Source: Eledone cirrhosa (Eukaryota). From it: a stretch of 64,000 nucleotides of DNA. The stretch is taken from positions 81,530,001 to 81,594,000 of the forward strand of contig OZ024741.1 in NCBI GenBank assembly GCA_964016885.1, written 5' to 3'. The position numbers were made by a program, and so were the translations under genes. Shown piece after piece: positions 38,382 to 52,322 of this stretch (within the stretch, counting starts at the first letter, position 1; each line of letters begins with the position of its first letter). Under the pieces are notes generated by a model. The model did not search any database, was not told the DNA's origin, and saw only the letters and a list, made by a program, of their open reading frames with translations.

Positions 38382-41300
38382 TTCTTCTGGTTTTATAATT
38401 TCACAAACTTTTACCAATAGAGAGAGAGTCGGTTTCTAACATAGATACAAGACTCTCTCATTGGATTTTACACAACATCAACTAGGTAGATTATGTATAC
38501 ATGCATGCATGCATGTGTAGATATGGCTGTTATTGTATGTGTGTATGTGTATGTTTTGAGTTGTATGTGTGCATGTGTATATGCTTTGTATCTATACATG
38601 TGTATATGCAGTTATTAGATGCAAAATTTTGGGAATGTTTTACATATTTTTACTGTTCCATTAATGGATTGTACTTGTAATTTCCTAACTAGTTGTGTTC
38701 TTTCTGTTCCTGTGAAGCCTAGCTTCTCAAGATTTGTATTTTGGCAGTTACTATCATACCCCAGTGCCCCAATAATCACAGGCATAAATCAGAAGGTGTA
38801 ATCAGGGTGGAGTATTTGCATATTTCTCATCAGTTCTGCATAAATATTTTCCTTTTCGCTAATCTTTGATATTATATTGGCATCTGCTGGGCAGCTAATT
38901 TCCACTACTGTTCATGCTTTCTTCTCCCTGTCCCATATAATATCTGGTCTGTTATGCATGCATTTTATTGGGGTTTTTACTGGAACATTCCACCAATACT
39001 CTTTCATATTATGTACATGGATGTCTTCCACATTGCTGTAGCTTGTAATGTGTTTATTGTCGCGGCTACCCCTTTTACGGATTGCATTGTACACTGTTGT
39101 GGCCACTACATCATGCCTCATAGGGAGATAGTACCGCGACGACATCTTTGGACAGCTGCTGATGACATGGGTGATATCCTCGATGTTAGTTCTGCAGAGT
39201 CTGCACTTGTTATCATATCTAGGTGTTTTGCCTGCATCCCTATCTCTTTTGTGAATCAGGTATTTCGTGTTAATTTCCTGTTCTTGGATTACAAAAGCGT
39301 ATCTTTCAAAGTGGGAGCCAATATAGCGGTTCTTGGTCCAAGATAGACTACTTTCCTTATCTACATTACTCTCACTCTGGAGCTTGCTGGCAACATATCC
39401 ATGTATGATATTTTGCTGAAAAGCATGCAGTTTTTCATCCATGGATTCACTGCGATACTGTTGAGCTACATCCCTATGTGTGAGTTTTTGATTATCGTAC
39501 AGAGAATAATTCTCGAGGAGTTCTTTCCCAACTCTCATGATCTTATCTCTTTCATGCAGATAGACTTGCTCGGGAGACGGGCTCCTACGCTTCGAGGTTC
39601 GTAGATGTTGTCAGAGGGATATGATGCGACATTCAAATGCTGTCTGGACTGATGTTAGGCCTCTGCCTCCCTGCTTACGTTTCAAGTAAAGGTGGTCTAT
39701 GTCACTGTTGATGTGGAAGATTCCGGTGTTGTTTAGTATTTTTCGAGTTCCAACATCAACTGCTCAGATTTCGTCTATCATCCAATTGAGTATTCCAAAC
39801 GTTGGTGTTAGGACAGGCACAGCAAACACATTGTGAGCCACTGTTTTGTTTTGCGCAGAGAGTTCCGATGACCAAATCTTTCTTAATCGGGTGTAGTATT
39901 CCCTGGTTACGCGTTCCTTATTACAGATACCATTATAGGATATATGTTCTCATCTATCCCCAGGTATCTGTAACAGTCCTCATCAGATATCGGTGAAACA
40001 GTTAGGCCATTGATGACAATGTTGCTAGATTTTCCCCGCTTTACAGTCATATATGAACATTTATCTTGGCGAAACTCCATTCCTATAACCTTTGAGAACG
40101 TTGTAACCAGGTCAAGATTTTTCTTCATCCTATCCATGTTCTTGGCATAGAGTTTCAGATCATCCACAAAGAAATTATGGGTTAGGTTCGTATTTCTGTC
40201 CTCCTGTCAGTCAATGATTTATCCTTCACATTTCTTGAGCAGAAAGGCCAATGGGTTTAATGACAGGATGAATAATATCACAGAGAGACTGTCTCCCTGA
40301 AATATACCACTGCGATATTTTATTTTATCATTGAAAATAGAGTCCTCCCTCTCTGTCTTTAACCTTAGGATAGTAACCCAAGAAGAAGACAGCTTCTCTA
40401 TGGCTCTGATAATAATGTCTGGGACTTTAGCAAGTTGGAGGGCCCCTATCATCCAAGAGTGGGGAACAGAATCGAAAGCTTTCCTGTAGTCCAGCCAGAC
40501 TGTAGCCATGTTCCTCCTACGTTGTCGCACCTCCGACATCGCAGTTTTGTTGATTAGTAGTTGTTCAGCACATCCCCACACCTCTTTCTTTCCAGGTGCT
40601 TGTTCATCTGTGATGATGTTATTATTTTCACAGTGATCTTGGAGGAATAGGTTCAGGAAGGCTGTATACATCTTATACATCAGCTTCTGGCATGCAATGC
40701 GTCGGCAGCTTTTTGCCAAGTGGGTGTCTTTGTTCTTGGGGACCAGTAATGTTTGTGTTAATGTCAACCATTCTGGTATAAATGTATCTCCCTTAAGAAC
40801 TTGTTGGTAGAGGTCAGTAAGATACCTCCGATAGAATATCAGTTTTTTTGTTATTTTTGGTGGTGTTTTGTTCTTGTTAATATCTCTGCTATCACCAAGA
40901 TAATGCTTCACTGTCGTTGCTAAGGCATATAAACAGGCGTTGATTTGCCAAAATGTTGGGGTTTTTATCCGTCGTAAATATTAATCCCCTATTTCGTCAA
41001 TAACACTTTTTTTTATTAAATATTGTCGTTTTAATACGTTCATCAAGAGAGATTTTTATACATGAATTAATTTCTCTTAAGAAATATTCAATTGTTTACA
41101 CTTTTGGTTATTATCATTATTGATAGTATTTTCCACAACAGTCGAGGTAGACTCGGATGGTACACGTGGTGTCAAATTTCTTCGATTATTATTATTATCG
41201 ATAGTGTTTTCCCCAGCATTCGAGGTAGACTTAGATGGTACACGTGGTGTCAAGTTTCTTACAGGCATAGTTGTTTCAAGGCAATGTTCGACATGGCTGC

Positions 41301-41893
41301 TAGGAAGTCTAGTAGCATGGCGACCTATAGCACATGTTGTTGATCTCATGTTTGTTGTGGGGGACTTACAATTAATAATATTTATCTTATTTTTACGTTC
41401 AACAAACGTCGCTTGTTGGCGTAATTGTTTCGCTGTGAAATAATTTAGCTCTGGGTGCATTTCGTCCCAGTGTAGCTTCATTCTGTTCATATAGCCAATG
41501 GAATGATTGTTTTTTGCCATTTTATAACAATTAAATAAATCATCATTAAGTTCGCAACTCCAAGAGAAATGTGATTTATAATTTCGGTTTCTTCTGTAGC
41601 TACAACTGAATAAAGTTTGTTTACCTCTCTCGTTGTTTGTCTTCGATACTTCCTTAATTTTGTTGTTGATGTTGTGTTCAACTATGCCGTTTGTAGCAAA
41701 TCATTGTAAAATGAATTATGTATTTAGTCGGATATCTCTACGAATTCGAATAAAAGGTGTCTTCAGAAGATATAGTTAGAATAACCAGTTATTCAACATG
41801 ACTGTAGTTGTAGCATTACTGTCGGAGATAGTATTCATCTTAAATTTAATAAATAGTCTCCCACGCCAAAATATGCGACTGATCGCGTTGACT
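38382..41893 (-). mobile_element. R4/Dong-like non-LTR retrotransposon, apparently with both ends, internally deleted and frameshifted
   Basis: GYMNRMKLHWD...KQLRQQA; WLDYRKAFDSVPHSW; GIFQGDSLS; FFVDDLKLY; YRYLGI; CRLC...EDITHVISSC...RHD; HNRPDII. Confidence 0.9.
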
Positions 41894-41923
41894 GTATGTA
41901 TGTATGTATGTAAAAAAAAAAAA

Positions 41924-44349
41924 AGTCTCTTGCGTGAGGTTTATGGACCGTCTTCTTCTCTGGTGACACCGCTTCGCAGCAAGGATGGCAAAGAACTTCT
42001 TCGTGACTCACAAGGAATTCTACGAAGGTGGCGAGAGCACTTTGATGATCTTTTGAATCAGCCGTCTGTCGTCAGTGAAGATTTTCTCAATCTCATTCCG
42101 GAAAGTCCTGTGAAAGTAGCTCTCGCAGAACCTCCGACGCTTGTGGAGGTTGCAGTGGCTATTTCGAAGCTGAACAGTGGAAAATCTCCAGGTATGGATG
42201 GCATACATGCTGAGCTCCTACAATATGGTGGTGAGAGACTCCTGCAACATCTTCACTCTTTGTTTGGCAGGATATGGGCTAATGAATCCGTACCTGAGGA
42301 CTGGAGAGATGCAGTAATGGTGGTCTTGTACAAGGGAAAGGGTAACAGGAACGATTGTGGGAACTACAGAGGTATATCATTGCTTTCTGTCGTAGGGAAA
42401 GTTTTATGTAGGGTGCTTCTGGACCGTCTGCTGACACACATTGCAGATTGTGTTCTTCCTGAAAGTCAATCTGGTTTTCGTGCTGGACGCGGCACTACTG
42501 ATATGATCTTCTCAGCTAGACAGCTCCAGGAGAAGTGCATGGAACAAGGCTTGGATCTGTATCAGGTTTTTGTCGATCTGACAAAAGCTTTCGATACTGT
42601 TAACAGAGATGTATTATGGAAGGTTCTCCAGAAACTTGGTTGCCCTGATAAGTTCCTTGCTTTAGTTAGGTCTTTCCATGACAACATGAGGGTTTGGGTT
42701 AATGTCGGGGGTAACATGTCGGAGCCTATCTCAGTCAAAACTGGAGTGAAACAGAGGGATATTCCAGCACCGACCCTGTTTGCCATATACTTTGCAATGG
42801 ATTTCTGTATTGCATTCAGGAATTGCGAGCATGGTGTTTACATCCGATATCGAACCTCAGGCAGCATATTTAACATCAGGCGCTTTGCTGCGAAGACAAA
42901 AGTATTTACATCAATCATAAGAGACCTCTTGTATGCAGATGATTGCGATCTTGTAGCGCGCACAGAGAGTGATATGCAGCACATTTTGAATGCATTTTCT
43001 GACGCTTGCACTGCCCTAGGTTTGACTGTCAGTCTCAAGAAAACCGTCGTCATGTACCAACCTGCCCCTGGTAAGCAGTATACTGAACCAAACATCTATG
43101 TGTATGGCAAACGACTTGGAGTGGTTGATCAGTTTGTCTACCTGGGAAGCACTGTCAATCGATACAGCAACCTTGACAGTGAAATCTCACTCAGGATTAG
43201 GAAAGCAAGTGATGCTTTCGGAAAGCTAGAAAGGCGACTCTGGGGTCGGCGAGACATATGCAGGAGGACAAAGGTAAAGGTGTACAGAGCATGTGTGCTC
43301 TCTTGTCTTCTTTATGCCTGCGAGACCTGGGTCACATATCGACACCACCTTAAGCAATTGGAGCGTTTCCATCAGATGTGTCTCAGACGGATCCATGGCG
43401 TTCATTGGAGGGACCACATCAGTGATGTCGAGATTTTGGAAAGCTCTATGTGTGACAGTATAGAAGCTCTTGTGCTTAAGTAACGACTCCGTTGGAGTGG
43501 TCACCTTGCCAGGATGAAGGATTCTAGAATACCAAAACAACTCTTTTATGGAGAGTTGGTTAAAGGAAAACGACCGCCACATAAACCAAAAAAGAGGTAT
43601 AAGGATTCCTTGAAAGCCTCTCTGAAAGACGCTAACATCTCTGCTGATACATGGGAGAATATTGCTGCTGATCGTAATAAATGGAGAAAGACTGTATATG
43701 AGGGAAAAGTTGCCTTTGAGGCATCTCGAATCGCATACGAGAAAGTGATGTGAGGAAGGGCATTGCTGTTGCACTTCCAGACGGCGAGGGTCCTCCTCAT
43801 ATGGTGCTGACATGCAGCGTATGTGCGAAACTCTGCCTAAGCAAAGCTGGACTCGAAAGTCATCTTCGCAGTCATAAAGTAAGACCAGTGGTTGACTACC
43901 AGGCTGCTGTTGGAGATGCTACTCATCATGCTTGCCAAGCATGTGGTAGAGAGTGTAAATCAGCAGGAGGGCTCAAACGACATGCAAAAGTACATGAACT
44001 CCAACCACAGCCGGCTATTCCCAGTGAATGTTTTGGTTGCCGACTCTGTGCAAGACATTTTAGATCATTGGCTGGGCTAAAAAGCCACATTCGATCGCAG
44101 CGCTGTTAGTTGCTATCGTGTGTGTGTGTGTGTGTAGATATGCTTATGTGTGTGCGTGTGTGTGTATATATATATGTATATGTATATTATTATTGTTGTT
44201 GTCGTTATTATTATTGTTGTTATTATTATTATTATTATTGTTGTTATTAATGTATGTGTGTGTGTATATGTGTGTGTGAGTGTGTGTGTGTGTATATGTG
44301 TATGTATATGCATATATATATATATATTTCTCTTTTTTTATTTTATTTT

Positions 44350-44427
<78 letters not shown>

Positions 44428-44563
44428 TTTTTTTCTTTCTCCTCGTGCAATGGCCATACTCGATAACGAGGGGGCAGCCATCATCATGTATGTATGTATG
44501 TATGTATGTATGTATGTATGTATGTATGTATGTATGTATGTATGTATGTATGTATGTATGTAT
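41924..44563 (+). mobile_element. RTE-clade LINE, 5'-truncated (no APE domain seen): RT ORF with one stop (43481) and a frameshift (about 43750), three C-terminal C2H2-type fingers, microsatellite-expanded 3' UTR, stem-loop and (TATG)n tail
   Basis: KSPGMDGI, NYRGISLLS, QSGFR, VDLTKAFD, GVKQ, LYADD, FVYLGS, LRWSGHL, RIPKQL; CSVC..H..H, CQAC..H..H, CRLC..H..Q. Confidence 0.95.
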
Positions 44564-44725
44564 GGATGGATGGATGGATGTATGTATGGATGGAACGATG
44601 GATGGATGGATGCATATGGACGTATATTTGTATATATAATATATATATATGTCTATATGTTAGAAATATATAAATTTATAGACTCCAAGTGCGTTTTCCC
44701 TTCATTGTTCACTCTCTCGTTCTCT

Positions 44726-44844
<119 letters not shown>

Positions 44845-44985
44845 AGTTTATGTTGGTTGTATACCAACACCTCAGTATGCAGGCTGGAGCACTCGACGAA
44901 GTGCGCAGGTTGGTTTGGTTACTCCGGAGTAGTGTAAAATAAAGTTAAATAAAAGTCAAATGATTAAAATTTAGCTTCGTTTATT

Positions 44986-45040
44986 ACTGCTATATATATT
45001 TCAGTGACAGCCATCTTTGGCTGTGACCTCTTCAGGCAGT
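44986..45040 (-). ncRNA. Type I hammerhead ribozyme (family H3 copy)
   Basis: ACUGC-CUGAAGA-GGUCACAGCCAaagaUGGCUGUCACU-GAAA-UAUAUA-UA-GCAGU. Confidence 0.8.
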
Positions 45041-45398
45041 TTGAATTAGTATGGTATAGACAAGTACATATGTACTTTGCTCACATTTCAACCACGTTTG
45101 ATGGTCGTTATTCTCTCTTGTTCACGATTTCACCGAACTTATATTCATGGAAATTTGGAACTTGACTTGACTCGTTCTTCCTCACTTTTCGTTGCTTTAC
45201 CATCTTTGTTTGTTTACACTCTCGCTGTTCCCTTTATTTACGTGTCCCAACAACTTTCTTTAGCCGTTGCTCGCACCAACCGGAGGTATATGGTCTTTAA
45301 AGCGAAGAAATACCGATGATGGTTGGAAGATCACTGATGAAGGACCAACTTTATTCATATGTAACCCATTTGTAACCACGCAGCACGTTTATTCTCAT

Positions 45399-45480
<82 letters not shown>

Positions 45481-45632
45481 CGGCGATGAATTAGTTTGAA
45501 TTGATGAATTAGATGAATTGAGTTTGAATTATTTTCCCCACATCTTACGTTAACTATTTTCCCGTTTTGACGCTATAGTCACTTATATATTATGGAATAC
45601 TGTTGGCTTCTTGCTACAATACTTTCTATACC

Positions 45633-45698
<66 letters not shown>

Positions 45699-46148
45699 TC
45701 TTTGTTGAACAAACAGGTGACGATCGGTTTGCAGAAAGAAATTTTTTTTTCAGAGATACCGTTGTGCAGTTTTGCCTGCTTGCTTGTCTATCTGTTTGTT
45801 TTGCTATAGTACTAGGTTTAAAAATATTCTACAGGTCTCAGTATTGTTTGAGACAAACCTTTCGCCAGACTTTAATTGTGTAAACAAATTTGGTGTCGGG
45901 AATTTAAGAAGATATTTAAAGACAAATAGATAGGAGTTCACTAGTTGAATTAGATGAATCTACAGAGTTGGCTGCTTTCGATACTATGGAAACAGTGAAT
46001 AACGGTGGCTCTACAATTCCATTGTGCTGGTCTCCTAGAAGTTCCAATTCTACTGTACATTGCATTGGGACTGAACTTGCTGTCTTGTCCTGCTTCACTT
46101 ATAGATGCGTTGATATATCTGTATTTAATTAGTTTCGTGATCCTTAGT

Positions 46149-46540
46149 AATTGTTTCTACTTTTGGCACAAGGTCAGCAATTATCCCAGTGCATTACTGG
46201 TCCTTTATTTTATCGATCACGTAAGGATGAAAGGCAATGTTAACCTCGGCGGGATTTGAACTCAGAATGGCAAGGGCCGTAACTCTATGCGTCAAAGCAT
46301 GGCGTCCGTCCCTCTACCGATACTGGCAATCCACCGCCTCTGATCCTTAATAATTGTTTATACTTTTGGCACAAGGCCTGCAATTATCCCAGTGTATTAC
46401 TGGTACTTTATTTTATCGACCCCATAGGACGAAAGGCAAATTTAACCACGGCGGGATTTGAACTCAGATCATAAAGGGACGTAACTCTATGCTACAAAGC
46501 ATGTCGTCCGACCCTCTACCGATAGTGCCAATCCACCGCC
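46149..46540 (-). mobile_element. Two tandem SINE family A copies
   Basis: Two ~200-bp units, each ending ...atccaccgcc.ctgatccttaataat. Confidence 0.88.
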
Positions 46541-46779
46541 CCTGATCCTTAATAATGATGTAAAGTCTGTGCATGGCGAATCGATTAACGCGGTCTTCTA
46601 TTTCTAGCTGGGAACATTGTCCTTTCGCTGTTATCTTTATTATTTATTTATTCATTTATTCAATTCAAACGTCCGTATAGAGCTAGTAAACAATGACAGA
46701 CTTGGGGAAGTATCGAGTACTCCTTACAGTTGGTAATCAAAAAGAGCTAGTGAGACAAATACAAAAAAGAAAAGAAAAA

Positions 46780-47820
46780 CTAAAAACTAAAATAAAATAA
46801 AATATAGAAAAGGGGAAAAATGAAATAACAAAAATAACAATTCAAATATTGAAAGCCAATGGGAGGCAGATTATGTATAAGGAAAAAAAAGGAAACAAAA
46901 GAAGCTGTAAAACAGAAGTTTCTCTTGTTGAATCTTTCCGTAGCTTCCAAGTGTTCAAAGACTTTGATTATATTTGGTAGACTTGTAATCATATATTGAA
47001 CTTCAACTGTTTTGGTAGTCTTTTAAAGATTTGTTTCGATATGGCTCTGCTCTCTCGGACAGAGATTTTCTAGATTGGAGCAAATAGTGCCGAAAAGTTT
47101 CACCACAAGAACATAGAAGTGAATCTCTATGACCTGTTCTTGATAGAATGTAGTTAAAAAGTATATGTCCAGTTCGAAGCCATCATAGTATATTCTTATT
47201 TGCATTACTCAATGATCAATAAGTTTTGAATGTTGTTAAATCTGGTTGAGAAAGTGGGGGATTGAAATTTGAGATCTTATCTCTGGATTCTTCCCAAAAT
47301 GTTTCCCACATTTGACTAATTATTTGTTTGCTAAATGATTTTACCTGCGAAAGATTTGGGATGTAGTCTATATCTATTATTTCCCTTTGTGCGCCCTCTT
47401 TTGCTAATTCGTCTGCTTTCCTATTTCCTCTAATATGGCCGGTATCTAAATCACTGTTATTTCTTTATTATTTCCCGAGTGGTAGTTATCTATTTTTAGC
47501 AGAGAGTTCTCAATATCTCTAACCCAACCCCCTTTTCTTGACTGAAGCAGTTTTAGGTTCGATGGACTATCAGAGGTTTTAGAAATCTCCCTTTGTATGT
47601 TTTGATAATATCATTTTCCATGAGTTTATTGTGTGCAGTGTCATTTAATTCATATTTTTCTGTAAATTGTACGGACGTTGGAGAATTGTTAGAAAATGTT
47701 TCAAGTAGATATTCAGGTGAATTTAGAAGAATTGGTTTCTTACTTTGGGTGAAAGGTTTTCCTATTTCTTATCTACTTTTCTGCAAGTGTTTCGGTATCT
47801 CTTTTCATGTAGAATAAAGC
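46780..47820 (-). mobile_element. Highly decayed RNase H-bearing LINE 3' region (I/LOA-like group)
   Basis: Minus strand GHIRGNRKADELAKEG (RNase H C-terminal motif) near 47395-47445 and WLRTGH near 47165-47185. Confidence 0.55.
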
Positions 47821-49452
47821 TTTCTAGCGCATGTGTTTCATTGTACTTTCTATGTTTTTTTTTATATAAGACGAATACACCAAAGCACTATTACATAGTA
47901 CGGATTATCGAAAAACACAATGTGATTAAGCGGATGCGATGGAAAAACACCTTCTATGAACACTTGGAGGGAAGAATGGATTAATAATGATAACATGGCC
48001 CCTCTTAAATATTTGAACTTAAAACTTTCGAATCTAGTATATAACGTTATCATTTTATTGTCTACTAGAAAAGTATTGGATCAATATTAGAATCGTTAGC
48101 ATGTTCTGATTTCAAATACTGCCAGAGCCACCTATACTTTTAAGTATTAGGGTCGATATAATTGACTTACAAAATATCATTAAAGCGTCATACAAATTAT
48201 TTTGCCGTATTTAGTGTTTACCCATTACGTTCTGTGCTGAAATCCTGGTGGAAACAGCTACGACTGTCTTACAACTCTACCCAATATTTCAGACCGTGTG
48301 CCTAATACATAAATCAATACTATCAATAATTGATAACAAATATTTTCTTTTAATCAACTGCTGCTATCATGCAGAAATGCTAGTTTAGAAATGAAAGAAA
48401 GATACTGTGCCTTTCCCCCGATATTTTCACCTTCCTATCTCCGTAAAATAACAGTATTTTTTTATATTTTGCAAAAAAATGTTTGCGTGGACTTCATCAT
48501 AGTCACATCCCCTTTGACCTTTCTTTGTTCTTAAAAAAAAAACAATATAAACAACACCAATAACTGCTTCCACCTCAGCCCGACCCCCAGCTTTATCCAA
48601 TACTTTATTATCATGAACAAATTTTTTTCGGTCTTTATTTATTTTCAATTTTTCTTCTCCCTCCACTCTTTGTCACTTTCCCATAATTCACTGTTGTCTT
48701 ATATGAACTTTGAACCGACCCCGCTTTCTCAACCAATGATCTAAAGATTGAACTACTTCAATTAAATACATCTCCATACAAATGAGACGCACACAGAAAC
48801 TTTACTCACGCAAACACACACACATACACCTATATACATAAAAACCCCCACCTATACTCACTTGGGCGTTCATACACGCATACACACACACATACACACA
48901 CACGTATGATAATACAAACATATGATCACACGCATACTCTCACATGTATACCACAGTCATGCGCACAGTATCTTCACACAAATGCACGCATAAATACACA
49001 CTCAAACACACATGTACATACTTATGCTTATACAAACACACGCTCTCTCACACTTATACCCCCTTTCACACATACACTCACACATAGTTCTATCTACATC
49101 TCTATCTTTATGCCCTCCCCTCTCTCATTGTATCTAACCTTCCTTCTTTCCCTCCCACTTTCTCCTCTCTTTTTTACTTCTTTCTATCTCTTTCATTCTC
49201 TCCTCTTTCTTTTCCCCTCCTTTCTCACACTTACTACTTACTCTTCTCCCCCATTCACTCCCACCTTACTATTCTTTCTCCTTCCTTCTATCTTTAGCTA
49301 CTGTCGCTTTCTCTCTACACAAATATACACCTGATGACGCACACATGTACACGTCATTGAAAAAAAAAAGATTATTCTTTCCTACTGTTATTTCGTCATA
49401 AATATATACTTTCTTTCTATATTTCCTTCTTTGTTATTTTCTTTCTTCATTT

Positions 49453-49530
<78 letters not shown>

Positions 49531-50187
49531 CCACAAACGTATTCCAGAAATGGCTGTCTTGCGCATTGCTCGTTATCCTTCTGTCCATTATATATATAAT
49601 ATATTTATATATATATGCTAAATCGAAAAAAGAAACTACACCAGTTAATTTTCGATGCTCCATCTCTTGAGAAAATACAGAATAACACCAACAAAAACAA
49701 GAATAAAAAATACAACAGAAAAACAAAACAAAACAAAAACAACAACAAACAAACAAGTTTCAAGTTTTAACATCAAACCATATTAGCAAGACATTCTTGA
49801 AGAGTACAAAACAGCATACTGCTAATTTTCTGGAATATATCAAAGATACTATAAACATTTGAATTAACAAATCCATTTTGATATATTTTCTGTTAAATGA
49901 ATACAGGACATTACATCAAAAGTAATGTCAGTCTCATCATCGTGAAACACTCTTGAATTATTTAAAAAAAAGACGGCAGATTTTTTTTTAAATTTAACGC
50001 TGGCACATAAGAAATGATATTTAGTAACGAAAACATCGGTGTCTACGTCTTTTCCTTCTTTGTGTTTCTTATGTTTTTATATTTTATAAAAAATATTTTG
50101 ATGTTGATGTTGACAACGGTTGTAATTGTTGGCATTTTGATAATCTATTCAATAAGTTAGTTTTATATTCATTATTATTGATTGAGT

Positions 50188-51580
50188 AGGGCGCTGGATT
50201 GACAGTATCTGTAGTGTCGGACAAAACGCTTTACTGCATTTAGTTACAACTTTCTACATTCTGAGTTCAAATCTCGCCGAGGTCAATTTTTCCTCTCATC
50301 TTTTAGGGATCGATAAAATAAAGTACCAGTCACGCACTGGGGTCGGTTTAATCTACATTCCCCTCCCCCAAAATTGATGGCCTTGTGCCTATATAAGAAA
50401 CAATTATTATTAATTAAGTAGTTAACTTTGCCTTTCATCCTTACGGGGTCGATAAAATAAAGTACCAGTAATGTACTGGTTATTGCTGGCCTTGTGCCTA
50501 AAGTAGAAACAATTATTGATTAAGTAGGGCAGTGGATTGGCAGTATCTGTAGTGTCGGACAAAATGTTTTACTGCATTTAGTTACGACTTTCTACATTCT
50601 GAGTTGAAATCGCCCCGAGGTCAACTTTGCCTTTCATCTTTTCGGGTTCGATAAAATTATGTACCAGTTAAATACTGGGTCGATATAATAAAATTTCCCC
50701 TCCTCCAAATTAGAATTAAATTAGAAGTATTATAGATTAAGTGAGGAATCATTAGAGCCTCGGGCAAAATGCCATCTGTATTTTTTCCAGTTCTTTAGGT
50801 TCTCAGTTCAAATGTCCCCCGAGATTACCGCTGCCTTCCATTCTTTCAGGAGTCGATAAAATATAATCCCAGTCAAATTGCTTGCCTTGTACCTGAATTC
50901 GAAATCATTATTATGAATTAACAAAAGGGTGGTTGATTGGCAGTATCGGTAGAGGTTTGGACGTCATGCTTTCTAGCATAGAGTTACGTCCCTTTATGAT
51001 CTGAGTTCAAATCCCGCCGAGGTTAACTTTGCCTTTCATCCTTACGGGGTCGATAACATAACGTACCAGTAATGTGCTGGGTAATTGCTGGCCTTGTGCC
51101 TAAAGTAGAAACAATTATTATGAATTAACTAATGGGCACCCATCCCTTTGTGGGTGGGTAACCCTAAAGGTTTTTTCAAGCTTTATACTATATCTTGTGT
51201 TAATTATCGAGTATTTTGTAATAATTTTATAATTATTTCATATTTCATGAAATTTTATGGCTATTGTATTACACCATTTCCCCTTCATTTCTATACGTAT
51301 TGTAACCACTTTTGGCTAATAAAGAAATCCTTATTATTATCGATATATATCAACGAGGGGGGTTGACTAGCAGATTTATTAGAGCGTCGGACAAAATATT
51401 TTGCAGTATATATTTCCGGCCCTTTACGTTCTAAGTTCAAATTTTCTTGAGGAATTCAACTATGATTTTTATCCTTCTGGGATCGATACAATAAAGCACC
51501 TGTAATATTCTGGTATCAATTTAATCAACCTTTCTCCTAACCCCAAAATGCTGTCTTCGTACCTAAAATACAACCCATTG
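50188..51580 (+). mobile_element. Tandem cluster of about six SINE family A-related copies of mixed subfamilies
   Basis: Units start near 50188, 50420 (partial), 50527, 50740, 50928 and 51357, sharing gagttcaaat...tttcatc...gtcgataaaa...gtaccagt. Confidence 0.85.
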
Positions 51581-52322
51581 CGATTATTATTTTTGTCATA
51601 TTCGACTTTTGTATTTAGATATTTTGGGGATTATAATTATTGTCTAACAATTCGACTATACAAGTATTTATATGTATCATTGTTTTTATCATGATTACAT
51701 TTTTAGTATTTTTGTTCGTTTATTCATTTCTTGGTTTGAGAAATTTTGGAAAATATTTAAAACTTTGAAAGATTTTGAAACTTTTGAAAATTTACAAATA
51801 TTAACATTTTTCGTAACTTTTGAGAGTTTTGGAACTTTTGAAACTTGATGATTTTTTAAATTTAGGAAACACTGAGTCATTGTTTTCATAAACTTGAAAA
51901 ATTATACAGGCGAAACATTTTAAGATATCTTACAAATGTGCCCCACTATGACTGAAAACCAGTAAAAGAATATAAAAAAATATAAAAAATGATTGAGTCT
52001 TTTAAAACAAGAATTGAAATTCGGACTTCAATCAAAATTTTACGGAATAAATATCACCGTCAAAAGCTATCTAACAATCAAACAAAAGAAGCAAAGTATA
52101 ACAAGCAAAACATAACAAAACATAAAGACAGCGAAATATAATAAACAATTGCATCTCAATCAATAATCGATTTGATTTTTATTTTGTTGAATGATAATTC
52201 ATAACTCACCATCTTCTCATCTCTTTGGTGTTAAGAGGAAATTTTATACTGATAATGAATAAATAAACAAAGCTGCATCAGGACATCCCGGCCGTAGCTA
52301 GATAAAGTGTTCGTTAGTGGCG

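Noticed and set aside
41798-41923. N-terminus of the 561-aa ORF
   Set aside because: Read-through of the antisense R4 5' end and TATG repeat; the RTE is 5'-truncated near 41924
43750-44109. Host C2H2 zinc-finger gene
   Set aside because: Colinear with the RTE ORF, followed by the RTE 3' end, and lacks TGEKP linkers
47850-47985. Host exon after a T-rich acceptor
   Set aside because: IIEKHNVIKRMRWK resembles a PLE N-terminal motif, so a TE fragment is more likely
49331-49365. CTGATGA...GAAA as a hammerhead (also 32375-32420, 29810-29855, 45324)
   Set aside because: Stems I and III or the core cannot be formed convincingly
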